DNA of 64,000 nt from Candidatus Dormibacteraceae bacterium (GTDB lineage: Bacteria; Chloroflexota; Dormibacteria; Dormibacterales; Dormibacteraceae), in the NCBI GenBank assembly GCA_041497555.1, contig JBGQGS010000001.1, forward strand, positions 3,687-67,686, written 5' to 3'. Every line of letters begins with the position of its first letter. Position 1 is the stretch's first letter. The notes under the pieces were generated by a model. The model was not told where the DNA came from, made no database searches, and worked only from the letters and a program-made list of their open reading frames with translations. The position numbers and the translations under genes were made by a program. Of the stretch, positions 36,846 to 46,568 are shown in pieces.

Positions 36846-37636
36846 AGCTGCCAGTCGCGCTCACAATCGCGGGGTCCGATTCCGGCGGCGGAGCCGGGAT
36901 TCAGGCAGACCTGAAGACTTTCGCCGCGCTGGGCGTGCACGGCACGTCGGCTATCACCGCAATCACGGCCCAGAACACCCTGGGTGTTACGGACATTCTG
37001 GAGGTGCCGCTGGCGATGGTCGGGGCGCAGATCGAGGCGGTGATGCTCGACATCGGCGCCCGAGCTGCGAAGACTGGCATGCTCTCGAGCGCTGCCATCA
37101 TCGAGCTGGTCTCGAGCGCAATCGAGCGCTACGGCATAAGAAACCTGGTCGTCGACCCCGTGATGGTCGCCAAAGGCGGCGCCAGGCTGCTGCGCGACGA
37201 CGCGGTCGATGCGCTTCGGAGGCGGCTGCTTCCGCTGGCCGCCATCGTGACCCCGAATCTCCCTGAAACTGAGGTGCTGCTGGGCAGGCCGATTCGGACT
37301 CTCGACGAACGCCGCCAGGCGGCACGTGACCTCGTCGCGCTCGGAGCGCGCGCCGCGGTCGTCAAAGGCGGCCACACAGATGAGCAGCTCTCCATCGACC
37401 ACTATTTCGACGGCACCGAGATGGTCGAGCTTCAGTCCCCGCGTATCGCGACGGCAAACACCCATGGCAGTGGCTGCGTCTTTTCCGCGGCCATGGCGGC
37501 TTGGCTGGCCAAGGGCAGCGATTCCCTGGCCGCGGTGCACGAGGCGAAGGAGTTCATCACAGGGGCGATCGAGCGCTCGCTGGACGTGGGCCGCGGTCAC
37601 GGCCCGGTCAACCCGATGTTCAGGATCACGGTTTGA
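36842..37636 (+). CDS. thiD: hydroxymethylpyrimidine / phosphomethylpyrimidine kinase
   Basis: Contains ALTIAGSDSGGGAGIQADLKTF, DPVMVAKGG and THGSGC. Confidence 0.92.
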   Translation: MKLPVALTIAGSDSGGGAGIQADLKTFAALGVHGTSAITAITAQNTLGVTDILEVPLAMVGAQIEAVMLDIGARAAKTGMLSSAAIIELVSSAIERYGIRNLVVDPVMVAKGGARLLRDDAVDALRRRLLPLAAIVTPNLPETEVLLGRPIRTLDERRQAARDLVALGARAAVVKGGHTDEQLSIDHYFDGTEMVELQSPRIATANTHGSGCVFSAAMAAWLAKGSDSLAAVHEAKEFITGAIERSLDVGRGHGPVNPMFRITV

Positions 37637-37699
37637 GGACCAGGTGAGACGCGCGAAAGCACGAGCTCGCGGAGCTGGAGGCGGTTAAGCTGTGGCGTC

Positions 37700-38593
37700 A
37701 TGAGCAAGCGAAAGCGAGCCAGCCTCGGCAAGACCTCGACGAGCGCCGACCAGCCCGCCAGTCAAGAGAGCACGACCTCCGCCGACGATGCTGCGATCAA
37801 AGACGACATGGTTCATGTCAGCCCGGACCTCCTAGCCGGCAGCCCCGACATCTTCGCCCCCAAATGGAGCACGGAGGATCAACCTGCCACGGCCGATGCT
37901 CCGGAGGTCGTCCCCGAGCCGGTGGTTCCTGAAGCGCCCGTGGACAGTGCGGAACCTTCAACCGTGATGCCGGCTGAATCCGCTCCAACTCTGGCGCCAT
38001 CGACCCCGGCGCCGCCGCCGCCGCCGCCTTACGTAACGGCCACTCCTCACGCCGCCCGGCCGCGTAGCGGCGGGTCCAGCCTGGCACTCGGCGTCGTCCT
38101 GGTCGTGGTTGGCCTCTTCGCCCTTGGCGTGGTCCTCTTCGGCATCGACCTCACCCAGTACGGCTGGCCACTATTCGTTATCGTCCCGGGCCTTACCTTG
38201 CTGGTGGTCGGGTTTCTCGGCGGCGGGTCAGGCGCCTCGGTGCCCGGGGGCATCGTGACGATGCTGGGTCTCGTGCTCGCTTACCAGAACAGCACTGGCG
38301 ACTGGGCCAGCTGGGCGTTCGCCTGGGCGCTGATCGCACCTGGAGGCGTAGGCCTCGGCCTCTACCTGCAGGCGCTGCGCGACCGCGACCCGGTGATGTT
38401 GAGGCGAGGACGGACCCTGGTGTTCATCGCGGCGCTGATCTTCATGATCGGATTCGTGTTCTTCGAATCGATCCTCGGCATCAGCGGGTTGGACTACGGG
38501 ATCTTCGGGAAGGCGGCCCTGCCGGCCCTGCTGATCGTGATCGGGATCATCCTTCTCGTCAGAAGCGTGCAGCGCAGCCGCCAGACCGGCTAA
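37700..38593 (+). CDS. hypothetical membrane protein with a Pro/Ala-rich N-terminal region
   Basis: 297 aa. The N-terminal ~125 aa are low complexity. The C-terminal half has about 6 hydrophobic segments. Confidence 0.6.
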   Translation: MSKRKRASLGKTSTSADQPASQESTTSADDAAIKDDMVHVSPDLLAGSPDIFAPKWSTEDQPATADAPEVVPEPVVPEAPVDSAEPSTVMPAESAPTLAPSTPAPPPPPPYVTATPHAARPRSGGSSLALGVVLVVVGLFALGVVLFGIDLTQYGWPLFVIVPGLTLLVVGFLGGGSGASVPGGIVTMLGLVLAYQNSTGDWASWAFAWALIAPGGVGLGLYLQALRDRDPVMLRRGRTLVFIAALIFMIGFVFFESILGISGLDYGIFGKAALPALLIVIGIILLVRSVQRSRQTG

Positions 38594-39651
38594 CCCCGCG
38601 CGGGTAACCGTTTGACGCGTGTCGCGAGACCGTCGCGGCCGATCTGGTATTCGGTGCCGGCTCGATACTCTTTGAAGCCGAGCTTCTTGTTGATCGCAAG
38701 CATCGGGGCGTTGGAGCCCGCGTTCTCGGTCGCCACCCACTGAGCCTGGGGATAGATCTCGTGAAGGTGCGCGAGCATCGCGGCCTTGATCCACTTGCCG
38801 AGGCCACGTCCTCGCGCGTCCGGCCGCACCCCGGTGAATCCCTGCTCGATGATCGAAGCGCGGTGTGGCGCCCACTTCGCGTCGGTGATGGCCGAGATCA
38901 CCCCGTCGGGTTCCCGCGCGAGGACCGTGTGCTCGCGTTCTCCGCTCAGGTCCAATCGCGCGTGCCACTCGCGCATGTGATCGGGAGTGACCACGATCTT
39001 TCCGATGTCGAGGTTTTCGAAAGGCATGGTGTTGAGCATGCTCGACAGCTGCGGCGCGAAGTCGTGCCACATCGCTTCCGGCAGATGACCGTCGCAGATC
39101 TCGAGCTTGGTTTGTGGAGAGCGCTTCGGACCCTCAGCGATCCACCTCTCGACCATCTTCCAGTCCACGTCGGCGAGCTTGAGTCGGTTCTCTGCGCCTG
39201 TCAGCTTGGGATCGGCGCCCAGCCAGCGCAGGAACGCATGCCCCGAGGCCTCTTCCGTGCCGAAGCCCACCACACTGCACCCATGCGTATCCATGAGCTC
39301 CAGCAGCAGTGGCAGCCAGGAAGAGCCGATGCCCCGCCGTCGATGATCGGGGCGAACGTAGAGATCGGACCAGAAGAGATGCTTGTTGGAGTCGTGACCA
39401 GGGGACTCCGGTTTGCTGGTCGAACCTGAGAACCAGCTCAGCAAAACGCCATCCTTGGCGATCTCGTACTGATACTGGATGTCGAATGGGCTGCCGCGCT
39501 TCAACCGCATCTCTTCGAGGTCATCCGGGCGCAGGGGATCGTCGGGACGCGACTCCTCCTGCCTCAAGCGGCGATATCCGTGATAGCGCTTCCAGAAATC
39601 TGCGCGGGCCGATTTGAAATCGACGCGCGCTGGCACCCCCCCAGCCGCCAT
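38590..39651 (-). CDS. GNAT-family N-acetyltransferase (two acetyltransferase-like halves)
   Basis: Contains RRRGIGSSWLPLLLE and RGRGLGKWIKAAML...AINKKLGF. Confidence 0.8.
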   Translation of the reverse strand: MAAGGVPARVDFKSARADFWKRYHGYRRLRQEESRPDDPLRPDDLEEMRLKRGSPFDIQYQYEIAKDGVLLSWFSGSTSKPESPGHDSNKHLFWSDLYVRPDHRRRGIGSSWLPLLLELMDTHGCSVVGFGTEEASGHAFLRWLGADPKLTGAENRLKLADVDWKMVERWIAEGPKRSPQTKLEICDGHLPEAMWHDFAPQLSSMLNTMPFENLDIGKIVVTPDHMREWHARLDLSGEREHTVLAREPDGVISAITDAKWAPHRASIIEQGFTGVRPDARGRGLGKWIKAAMLAHLHEIYPQAQWVATENAGSNAPMLAINKKLGFKEYRAGTEYQIGRDGLATRVKRLPARG

Positions 39652-39707
39652 CGATCGATAATCTCACAAACATGAGCGCCGTCCGCCCATTCGAGGTTGG
39701 CGCGATA

Positions 39708-40514
39708 TCAAAGCGGTGGCCCGTCTGATCCACCTTCGGGATTCGTAGCCGCCTTTCGCGGGCGGAACAGAGGTGACGGTTCCGCGTCGAGTGCCAGGCG
39801 CCTGCAGGTGCGCATCGCCTGCATCAGCTCCTGGGTCGATACTCCGAATCTGTTGCGAATGACCCCGTCGAAGTAGTTCAGGCCGGTGAGGCGCTGCAGG
39901 GGCGACTTCCTCGGTCGGACCAGCGCGCGGTTCAGCCGGTAGAAGATCACGTTGGGTACCATCTTCGGGTCCTGCCACTCGCCGGCTTCCGACATCCGCA
40001 TTCCTCGGAAGGCGCCGATGTGCGCCCCCATGAAATCCGACACGTGCACCCAACGCACCGTACGCGCGCCTCCCGAAGGTCCGATACAGAAGCCATCCGT
40101 GGTGAGGGTCAGCTGCTCACCCATCCCCTGCATGGCGGTGAAGTAGAAAGCGTTGAGCCCGACCATCAGGAGCACCGCCAGCGGCGCCAGCCACGGGTAC
40201 GTGAAGTTGGCGAAAAGAGTGAGCACGAGAGCGAACGGGAAGGCGACCCATCCCGCCACCCTCAATATCCGGACCGTGCGTGGCAGCGTGGGCGCGGCCA
40301 GGACGACGTCGCCGCGACGCGGATCCAGATCGGCGGTGATGGGTTCGCGCCGCCGCCAGGCATCCCGCACTCCGATGGCGGCGGCGGTGGTGCCGCCGAT
40401 GCCCATCGTGTAGACGGTTAGCAGCGCGACCGTGAGCAGGAGCAAGGCCCGACCGTCCACGCCCGGCATTGTAGGGAGCACAACGAGCAGGGCCTTGATT
40501 TGTGGACCGGCCAC
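39708..40514 (-). CDS. hypothetical membrane protein
   Basis: 268 aa. About 4 TM segments followed by a soluble C-terminal domain. No family recognised. Confidence 0.55.
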   Translation of the reverse strand: MAGPQIKALLVVLPTMPGVDGRALLLLTVALLTVYTMGIGGTTAAAIGVRDAWRRREPITADLDPRRGDVVLAAPTLPRTVRILRVAGWVAFPFALVLTLFANFTYPWLAPLAVLLMVGLNAFYFTAMQGMGEQLTLTTDGFCIGPSGGARTVRWVHVSDFMGAHIGAFRGMRMSEAGEWQDPKMVPNVIFYRLNRALVRPRKSPLQRLTGLNYFDGVIRNRFGVSTQELMQAMRTCRRLALDAEPSPLFRPRKAATNPEGGSDGPPL

Positions 40515-40569
40515 TAACGAAATGTAAGAACCCGGCCTACGATTCGTGGCACCACACCCTCTTCGCGGC

Positions 40570-40601
40570 GCGAGCCTCCTAGCTCAGGGCAGGAGGCTCG
40601 C
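40570..40601. terminator. 11-bp perfect hairpin with a T-rich tail on the plus strand
   Basis: GCGAGCCTCCT-(10 nt)-AGGAGGCTCGC followed by TTATTT. No plus-strand gene lies upstream. Confidence 0.3.
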
Positions 40602-40693
40602 TTATTTCGTAGGGGAGCACGTCCTCCCTACGGGACCCCTTTGCTCCTCAGCCACACGTGGTTGGGCTTGATGGGTGGCTCGCCAAAGCCGAC

Positions 40694-40712
40694 GGCCGGA
40701 ATGAATCCGGCC
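40694..40712 (-). terminator. candidate pntB terminator hairpin
   Basis: GGCCGGA-ATGAA-TCCGGCC lies about 30 nt after the pntB stop, followed on the minus strand by GUCGGCUUUGG. Confidence 0.35.
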
Positions 40713-40739
40713 AAGGCTCCACACGGCATTGACGAAAAT

Positions 40740-42125
40740 TCAGGCGCCTTTGACGGCGCTCACAAGCTTGGTCAACGAGTCCTTCGCGTCACCGAAGAAC
40801 ATCACGGTCTTCGGGTCGTACATGAGGTCGTTGTCGATGCCGGCAAAGCCTGGCCGCATTGAGCGCTTCATGAAGATGATGTTCTTCGCCTGGTCGGCAT
40901 TGAGGATCGGCATGCCGTAGATCGGGCTGCCCGGCGCATTTCGCGCTGAGGGGTTGACCACGTCGTTGGCGCCCACGATCAGCGCCACGTCAGCATTCTT
41001 GAATTCGTCATTGATCTCGTCCATCTCTTTGAGCTGCTCGTAGGGCACGTTTGCCTCGGCGAGCAGGACGTTCATATGACCCGGCATCCGGCCCGCGACC
41101 GGGTGGATGGCGTATGTCACCTCGACCCCCCTTTTTTCGAGCAGCTCGGCGAGCTCGCGCGCCGCATGCTGAGCTTGCGCTACGGCGAGCCCGTAGCCAG
41201 GGACGATGATCACTCGCTGGGAGTAGGCGAGCAGAGTGCCAATGTCTTCGGCGGACATTGCCCTGACGCTGCGACCCTCTTTGCCGGCTTCCGCTGCGGC
41301 GCCGGCATGGGTCTGGCCGAAGGCGCCGAACAGCACGTTCGCAAGCGAGCGCCCCATGGCGTCGCTCATGAGCTTGGTGAGGAGGCTGCCTGATGCCCCG
41401 ACGAGCGTCCCAGCGACGATCAGGGCGAAGTTGTTGAGGGTGAACCCGCTGGCTGCTACGGCCAGGCCGGTGAAGGCGTTGAGCAGCGAGATGACGACGG
41501 GCATGTCCGCGCCGCCGATCGGCAGGACGAACGCAACTCCCAGCACGAGAGCCAGGACCATCAAAGCGATGAAGGAGAACGGGATCGATGCGACCGCGAG
41601 AACCGCGATGACGAAGCCGAGGATCGCCGCCGCGAGGATCCCGTTGACGATCTGCTGGCCGGGATAGGTGATTGGCTTCCCGGTCATCAGCTCCTGGAGC
41701 TTGGCGAAGGCCACCATGCTTCCCGCGAAGGAGATCGAGCCGATCACGATGCTGAACACGCTGGGGAACGCTGCCGAGAAGGCTGGGTGCTGACCGAAAG
41801 TGAGAAGCTCGGCCACCGCCACCAGGGCCGCAGCGCCACCGCCCACCCCGTTGAAGAGAGCGACCATCTGTGGGATGGCGGTCATCTTCACCATGCGCGC
41901 GCCAAAGCTTCCGACGGCCGCGCCGATGACGACCCCGATCGAGATGATGATCACGCCGGCGGTCGTGAAATGAAGCAGCGGCAGGGTGGCCACGAGAGCG
42001 ATCACCATGCCCAAGGCGGCGATGAAGTTCCCGTTGCGGGCGCCCTTGGGAGAGCTGAGCTGCTTCAACCCGAGGATAAAGCAGACGGCGGCCACCAGGT
42101 AGGCGAGCGCGATTGCGATCGTCAT
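40740..42125 (-). CDS. pntB: NAD(P) transhydrogenase subunit beta
   Basis: 461 aa. Polytopic N-terminal half plus an NADP(H)-binding dIII domain (VIIVPGYGLAVAQAQH...AIHPVAGRMPGHMNVLLAEA). Confidence 0.95.
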   Translation of the reverse strand: MTIAIALAYLVAAVCFILGLKQLSSPKGARNGNFIAALGMVIALVATLPLLHFTTAGVIIISIGVVIGAAVGSFGARMVKMTAIPQMVALFNGVGGGAAALVAVAELLTFGQHPAFSAAFPSVFSIVIGSISFAGSMVAFAKLQELMTGKPITYPGQQIVNGILAAAILGFVIAVLAVASIPFSFIALMVLALVLGVAFVLPIGGADMPVVISLLNAFTGLAVAASGFTLNNFALIVAGTLVGASGSLLTKLMSDAMGRSLANVLFGAFGQTHAGAAAEAGKEGRSVRAMSAEDIGTLLAYSQRVIIVPGYGLAVAQAQHAARELAELLEKRGVEVTYAIHPVAGRMPGHMNVLLAEANVPYEQLKEMDEINDEFKNADVALIVGANDVVNPSARNAPGSPIYGMPILNADQAKNIIFMKRSMRPGFAGIDNDLMYDPKTVMFFGDAKDSLTKLVSAVKGA

Positions 42126-42472
42126 TTGGTCGTTGTCGGAGGCGTGGCGGGCTCAGCCGCTCGCGCCGGCGCGGCCTGCGGGCGCCCGGCCTGCCGACCC
42201 TTGAACATCTCGAGCATCCGGTCCGTGACCACGAACCCACCGACCACATTGGTGGTGGCTAGGGTCACCGCGAGCAGTCCCAGGATGATCGTCACCGGCG
42301 AGCTCGCCCCGGCAGCAATCACGATCGCACCCACCAGGATGATGCCGTGGATGGCGTTCGTGCCTGACATCAGGGGCGTGTGCAGGATGGTCGGCACCTT
42401 GGAGATGACCTCGATTCCGACGAAGATCGACAAGACGAAGAAGGTCACCTCGTTGAGCAGTTCGTTACTCAT
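42122..42472 (-). CDS. pntAB: NAD(P) transhydrogenase subunit alpha, membrane part 2
   Basis: 116-aa membrane protein with PLMSGTNAIHGIILVGA. 4-nt overlaps on both sides. Confidence 0.9.
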   Translation of the reverse strand: MSNELLNEVTFFVLSIFVGIEVISKVPTILHTPLMSGTNAIHGIILVGAIVIAAGASSPVTIILGLLAVTLATTNVVGGFVVTDRMLEMFKGRQAGRPQAAPARAAEPATPPTTTK

Positions 42473-43602
42473 GAAGCAGCCGCCACGAGCTGCTTGGCCC
42501 GCTCGTTGACGATCTCGCCGCCATGCGTGACGCAGCTGCCCTTCGTGACCTCATCCTGGAAGTCGAGCGTGATCGCGCCATCCTTGACCAGGTGCAACAG
42601 CAGGTTCATGACGTTGCGCGCGAACAGCTGGCTAGCGTGCAGCGGCATCGTCGAGGGCACGTTGCGGGTGCCAATGATGGTGACGCCGGCGACATCGACA
42701 TCCTTTCCGGCCTGGGTCAGCTCAACATTGCCTCCGGTCTCGGAGGCGAGGTCGACTATGACCGAACCCGGACGCATGCCCTTCACCATGTCGCCGGTGA
42801 CCAGCAGCGGCGCGCGACGACCGGGTATCGCCGCCGTCGTGATCACCACGTCCGACTTGGCCACGTGCTCACCGATCAGCTCCCTCTGCTTGCGGAGAAA
42901 CTCCTCTGACTGCTCGCGCGCGTAGCCGCCCTCACCTTCCTGCGTTTCGAGGGCCAGCTCGATGAAGGTCGCCCCCAGCGACTGGACCTCTTCCTTCACC
43001 GCCGTGCGGACGTCATAAGCAGATACGACCGCTCCCAGCCTTCGCGCGGTGGCGATCGCCTGGAGGCCCGCGACACCCGCACCCATGACCAACACGCGGG
43101 CGGGAGCGACGGTCCCGGCCGCGGTCATCATCATGGGAAAGAACTTGCCAAGGCGGCCGGCGGCCATCAAAACGGCCTTGTAGCCGGCGGCCGACGCTTG
43201 CGATGAAAGAGCGTCCATCGACTGCGCTCGTGAGATACGCGGCACCAGCTCGAGGCTGAACGAGGTCACGCCACGCTTGGCCAGCGCCTTGACGATATCC
43301 CCCTGTGTGGCCGGCTGTAGGAAGCTGATCAGCACCGACCCGCTCTTCAGCAGGTCAACCTCGTTGGTGGCGGGCGCCTGGACCTTGAGCACGGCGTCGG
43401 CATCCTTGAGCAGCGCCTCGGCGCCCTTGACCACCTTGACCCCTGACTTCTCGTATGCGTCGTCCGTGATGTAAGCACCTGTTCCGGCACCGGACTCGAC
43501 GCTCACTTCGAGTGACGCGGCGATGAGCTTGGCCGCCGTATCGGGAACAAGGGCGACTCGGCGCTCGTCCGCAGCCCTTTCTTTCGGAGTAGCGACCTTC
43601 AC
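42469..43602 (-). CDS. pntAA: NAD(P) transhydrogenase subunit alpha, part 1 (dI)
   Basis: VKVATPKERAADERRVALVP... and Rossmann VLVMGAGVAGLQAIATA. GTG start at 43602. The upstream ORF extension to 43752 would overlap korA. Confidence 0.9.
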   Translation of the reverse strand: MKVATPKERAADERRVALVPDTAAKLIAASLEVSVESGAGTGAYITDDAYEKSGVKVVKGAEALLKDADAVLKVQAPATNEVDLLKSGSVLISFLQPATQGDIVKALAKRGVTSFSLELVPRISRAQSMDALSSQASAAGYKAVLMAAGRLGKFFPMMMTAAGTVAPARVLVMGAGVAGLQAIATARRLGAVVSAYDVRTAVKEEVQSLGATFIELALETQEGEGGYAREQSEEFLRKQRELIGEHVAKSDVVITTAAIPGRRAPLLVTGDMVKGMRPGSVIVDLASETGGNVELTQAGKDVDVAGVTIIGTRNVPSTMPLHASQLFARNVMNLLLHLVKDGAITLDFQDEVTKGSCVTHGGEIVNERAKQLVAAAS

Positions 43603-43678
43603 TGGTAAGGACTCTAAGCAATTGAGGCTCACTGCTGCAGACGCGTAAAATCCGTAGTCCGCGGCAGATAAGAAGAAA

Positions 43679-45484
43679 TTGACCCAGCAGATCATCAACG
43701 ACCTCACCATCCAGGCCGCCACGGTCAACGGTTCAGGAAGCCAGACGGCCAACCTGGTTTTGACCAGGGCGATCTTTCACATGGGCATCCCGGTCGCCCC
43801 AAAGAACGTCTTTCCCTCCAACATCGAGGGCCTCCCGACGTGGTACCAGCTCCGGGTCACGCCCGAAGGCCACATGGCTCGCTCCGACAAGGTCGACATC
43901 CTGGTCGCGTTCAACGTCGCGACCTGGCACCAGGACCTCAAGACAGTGCGTCCGGGCGGCGTGGTGATCCACGAAGAGGTGTTCTCCACCGCGGACGTCC
44001 GCTCCGACGTCACCTACTACCCGGTGCCGTTCTCGAAGCTGGCCAAGTCGAAGATCCAGAACGACACGTTGCGCAAGCAGCTGGCCAACATGATCTACGT
44101 CGGCGTCGTCGCCGGCGTGCTAGGCATCCCCCTGGAGGCCCTGGAGCACGGCGTGAAGCGGCAGTTCCTGTCCAAGCCGAAGGCGGTGCAGGTGAACTTG
44201 GACGCGATCAAGGTCGGCCATGACTACTGGCAGGACAACCTCTCGAAGAAGGATCCTTACCGCCTCGAGCCGATGACCGGAGCCGTCGAAGGCAAGGTGC
44301 TTGTCGAGGGCAACCAGGCCGCTGCCCTCGGAGCGCTCATGGGAGGTGTCACCGTCGTGGCGTGGTACCCGATCACGCCTTCCTCTTCGTTGTGCGAGAA
44401 CCTCATCGCCTACTCCGAACGGTTCCGCACGGACCCGAAGACCGGCGAGAAACTCATCGCGATCGTGCAGGCCGAGGACGAGCTGGCAGCGGTCGGGATG
44501 GCGATCGGCGCAGGTTGGGCTGGCGCTCGCGCGATGACGTCAACCTCAGGGCCGGGCATGTCCCTGATGGCTGAGTTCGCCGGGCTGGCCTATTACGCCG
44601 AGGTGCCCGTGGTGATCTTCGACATCCAGCGCATCGGCCCATCCACCGGCCTGCCCACGCGCACGTCGCAGGCCGATGTCGGTTTCGCGTTCACCCTGTC
44701 GCACGGCGACACCAAGCACATCGTCCTGCTTCCCGGCACGGTCGAAGAGTGCTACGAGTTCGCACGCGATGCCTTCGACTACGCCGATCGCTTCCAGACG
44801 CCGGTGTTCGTGCTGTCCGACCTCGACCTCGGGATGAACCTCTGGATGACGCCCGAGTTCAAGTACCCGGAGAAGCCCTTCGACCGCGGCAAGGTCCTGT
44901 CCAAAGAGGACCTCGAACGCCTGGCGGGCGAATGGGGACGCTACCGCGACGTGGACGGCGACGGTGTGCCGTATCGAACTCTGCCTGGCACCGACCACCC
45001 TGCGGCCGGCTACTTCACGCGCGGCTCGGGCCACGACGAAATGGCCCGCTATACGGAGAGCGCGGACGCCTACGCGCGAAACATGGACCGCCTCGCACGC
45101 AAGCTCGAGACCGCGCGACACGTCCTGCCTGCACCGGTGGTCGACGAGAGCACGAAGTCCGCGATCGGTTTGATCGCTTTCGGCTCCACGCATGCCGCAG
45201 TCCTCGAGGCGCGAGACGCTCTGGCCGCGGCCGGCAGGTCCGTCGACTACCTTCGCCTGCGGGCGCTGCCGCTGGCCGACGAGGTGGTGGCCTTCGTGTC
45301 GCGCCACGAGACCGTCTACGTCGTCGAGCAGAACCGCGACGGACAGGTTTACGATCTCGTCCGCCTCGCGCTCCCTGCGAACCTGGTCGAGCGCGTCCAC
45401 TCCATCCGGCACTACAACGGCCAGCCCATCCCGGCCGCGGCGATCAGCGAACCGTTGATGCAAAAGGAGGCCGTGCCCGCATGA
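43679..45484 (+). CDS. korA: 2-oxoacid:ferredoxin (acceptor) oxidoreductase subunit alpha
   Basis: 601 aa with a fused gamma-alpha type N-terminus (TIQAATVNGSGSQTAN...). TTG start. The stop overlaps the korB ATG (ATGA). Confidence 0.9.
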   Translation: MTQQIINDLTIQAATVNGSGSQTANLVLTRAIFHMGIPVAPKNVFPSNIEGLPTWYQLRVTPEGHMARSDKVDILVAFNVATWHQDLKTVRPGGVVIHEEVFSTADVRSDVTYYPVPFSKLAKSKIQNDTLRKQLANMIYVGVVAGVLGIPLEALEHGVKRQFLSKPKAVQVNLDAIKVGHDYWQDNLSKKDPYRLEPMTGAVEGKVLVEGNQAAALGALMGGVTVVAWYPITPSSSLCENLIAYSERFRTDPKTGEKLIAIVQAEDELAAVGMAIGAGWAGARAMTSTSGPGMSLMAEFAGLAYYAEVPVVIFDIQRIGPSTGLPTRTSQADVGFAFTLSHGDTKHIVLLPGTVEECYEFARDAFDYADRFQTPVFVLSDLDLGMNLWMTPEFKYPEKPFDRGKVLSKEDLERLAGEWGRYRDVDGDGVPYRTLPGTDHPAAGYFTRGSGHDEMARYTESADAYARNMDRLARKLETARHVLPAPVVDESTKSAIGLIAFGSTHAAVLEARDALAAAGRSVDYLRLRALPLADEVVAFVSRHETVYVVEQNRDGQVYDLVRLALPANLVERVHSIRHYNGQPIPAAAISEPLMQKEAVPA

Positions 45485-46503
45485 GCGCAACCGTGAACCG
45501 GATCGGATTGGCCCGCGACGCCTACAAGGGCGCCGCCACGACGCTGTGCGCAGGATGCGGTCACAACTCGATCACCAACCACATGATCAAGGCCCTCTAC
45601 GAGCTCGGTGTCGAGCCGCATCGCCTGGCCAAGATGTCAGGCATCGGTTGCTCGTCGAAGACCCCCGCCTACTTCGTCGAAACCGCGCACGGCTTCAACG
45701 GCGTGCACGGCCGCATGCCGGCGCTGACGACGGGCGCGCAGCTCGCCAACCGGCAGCTGATCATGCTCGGCGTGTCTGGCGATGGCGACACGGCGTCGAT
45801 CGGCCTGGGCCAGTTCATGCACATGATCCGGCGCAACATCGACTGCACGTACATCATCGAAGACAACGGGACCTATGGACTCACGAAGGGCCAGTTCTCG
45901 GCCACCGCGGACCTCGGTTCCATGCAGAAGAAGGGTGCGGTCAACACCTTCCAGCCCATCGACCCGTGCGCGGTCGCCCTGACCCTAGGCTGCTCGTTCG
46001 TCGCCCGCTCCTTCAGCGGCGACGGCAAGCAGGTTGTGCCCCTGATCAAGGCCGCGATCGCCCACCGCGGAACGGCCATCATCGACATCATCTCGCCCTG
46101 CGTGACGTTCAACGACCACGACGGCTCGACCAAGAGCTACAGCTGGGTCAAGGACCATGAGGAATCGATCGCAGACGTCTCCTTCATCCCATTCTTCGAA
46201 GAGGTGCACGTCGACTACGAGCCGGGGACCGTGCGCGATGTCGAGCTCCACGATGGGTCGCACATCCTCCTCAAGAAGCTGGGTGAGGATCACGATCCGT
46301 CAGACCGTCGCGCCGCGATGCGAGTGCTCGAGGAAGGACGCGCGGCCGGTCAACTGGTGACCGGGCTGCTCTATCTCAACACGACGATGGAGGACTTCGC
46401 CACCACCGAGCAGATCCCTCAGCGCCCACTGAAGGACCTGGGCGAACGGGAGCTGCGGCCCGCGCGCGATCAGTTCGCGCAGTTCATGTCCGAGTTCGCC
46501 TGA
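45481..46503 (+). CDS. korB: 2-oxoacid:ferredoxin oxidoreductase subunit beta
   Basis: CAGCGHNSI and ThDP-binding GVSGDGDTASIG...EDNGTYGLTKGQ. The upstream part of ORF 44749..46503 is treated as an extension. Confidence 0.9.
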   Translation: MSATVNRIGLARDAYKGAATTLCAGCGHNSITNHMIKALYELGVEPHRLAKMSGIGCSSKTPAYFVETAHGFNGVHGRMPALTTGAQLANRQLIMLGVSGDGDTASIGLGQFMHMIRRNIDCTYIIEDNGTYGLTKGQFSATADLGSMQKKGAVNTFQPIDPCAVALTLGCSFVARSFSGDGKQVVPLIKAAIAHRGTAIIDIISPCVTFNDHDGSTKSYSWVKDHEESIADVSFIPFFEEVHVDYEPGTVRDVELHDGSHILLKKLGEDHDPSDRRAAMRVLEEGRAAGQLVTGLLYLNTTMEDFATTEQIPQRPLKDLGERELRPARDQFAQFMSEFA

Positions 46504-46568
46504 GCGCGGAATCGTCCGTTTCAGAGCTGCTGCGCGGCACTCGGCTGGTCGCCCGCCGCGACCCGGCG

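Noticed and set aside
40570-40601. UAGCUCAGG in the hairpin loop resembles a tRNA D-loop
   Set aside because: It is a simple 11-bp hairpin. There is no acceptor, anticodon or T-arm around it.
41008-42249. 413-aa minus-strand ORF overlapping pntB in another frame
   Set aside because: Arg/Gly/Pro-rich off-frame product. pntB in the other frame is unmistakable.
43603-43752. N-terminal extension of the pntAA ORF
   Set aside because: It would overlap the divergent korA start. pntAA homology begins at VKVATPKE (GTG 43602).
44749-45480. Upstream 244 codons of the 584-aa ORF containing korB
   Set aside because: This part overlaps korA out of frame and is Arg-rich. korB homology begins at the ATG at 45481, which overlaps the korA stop (ATGA).
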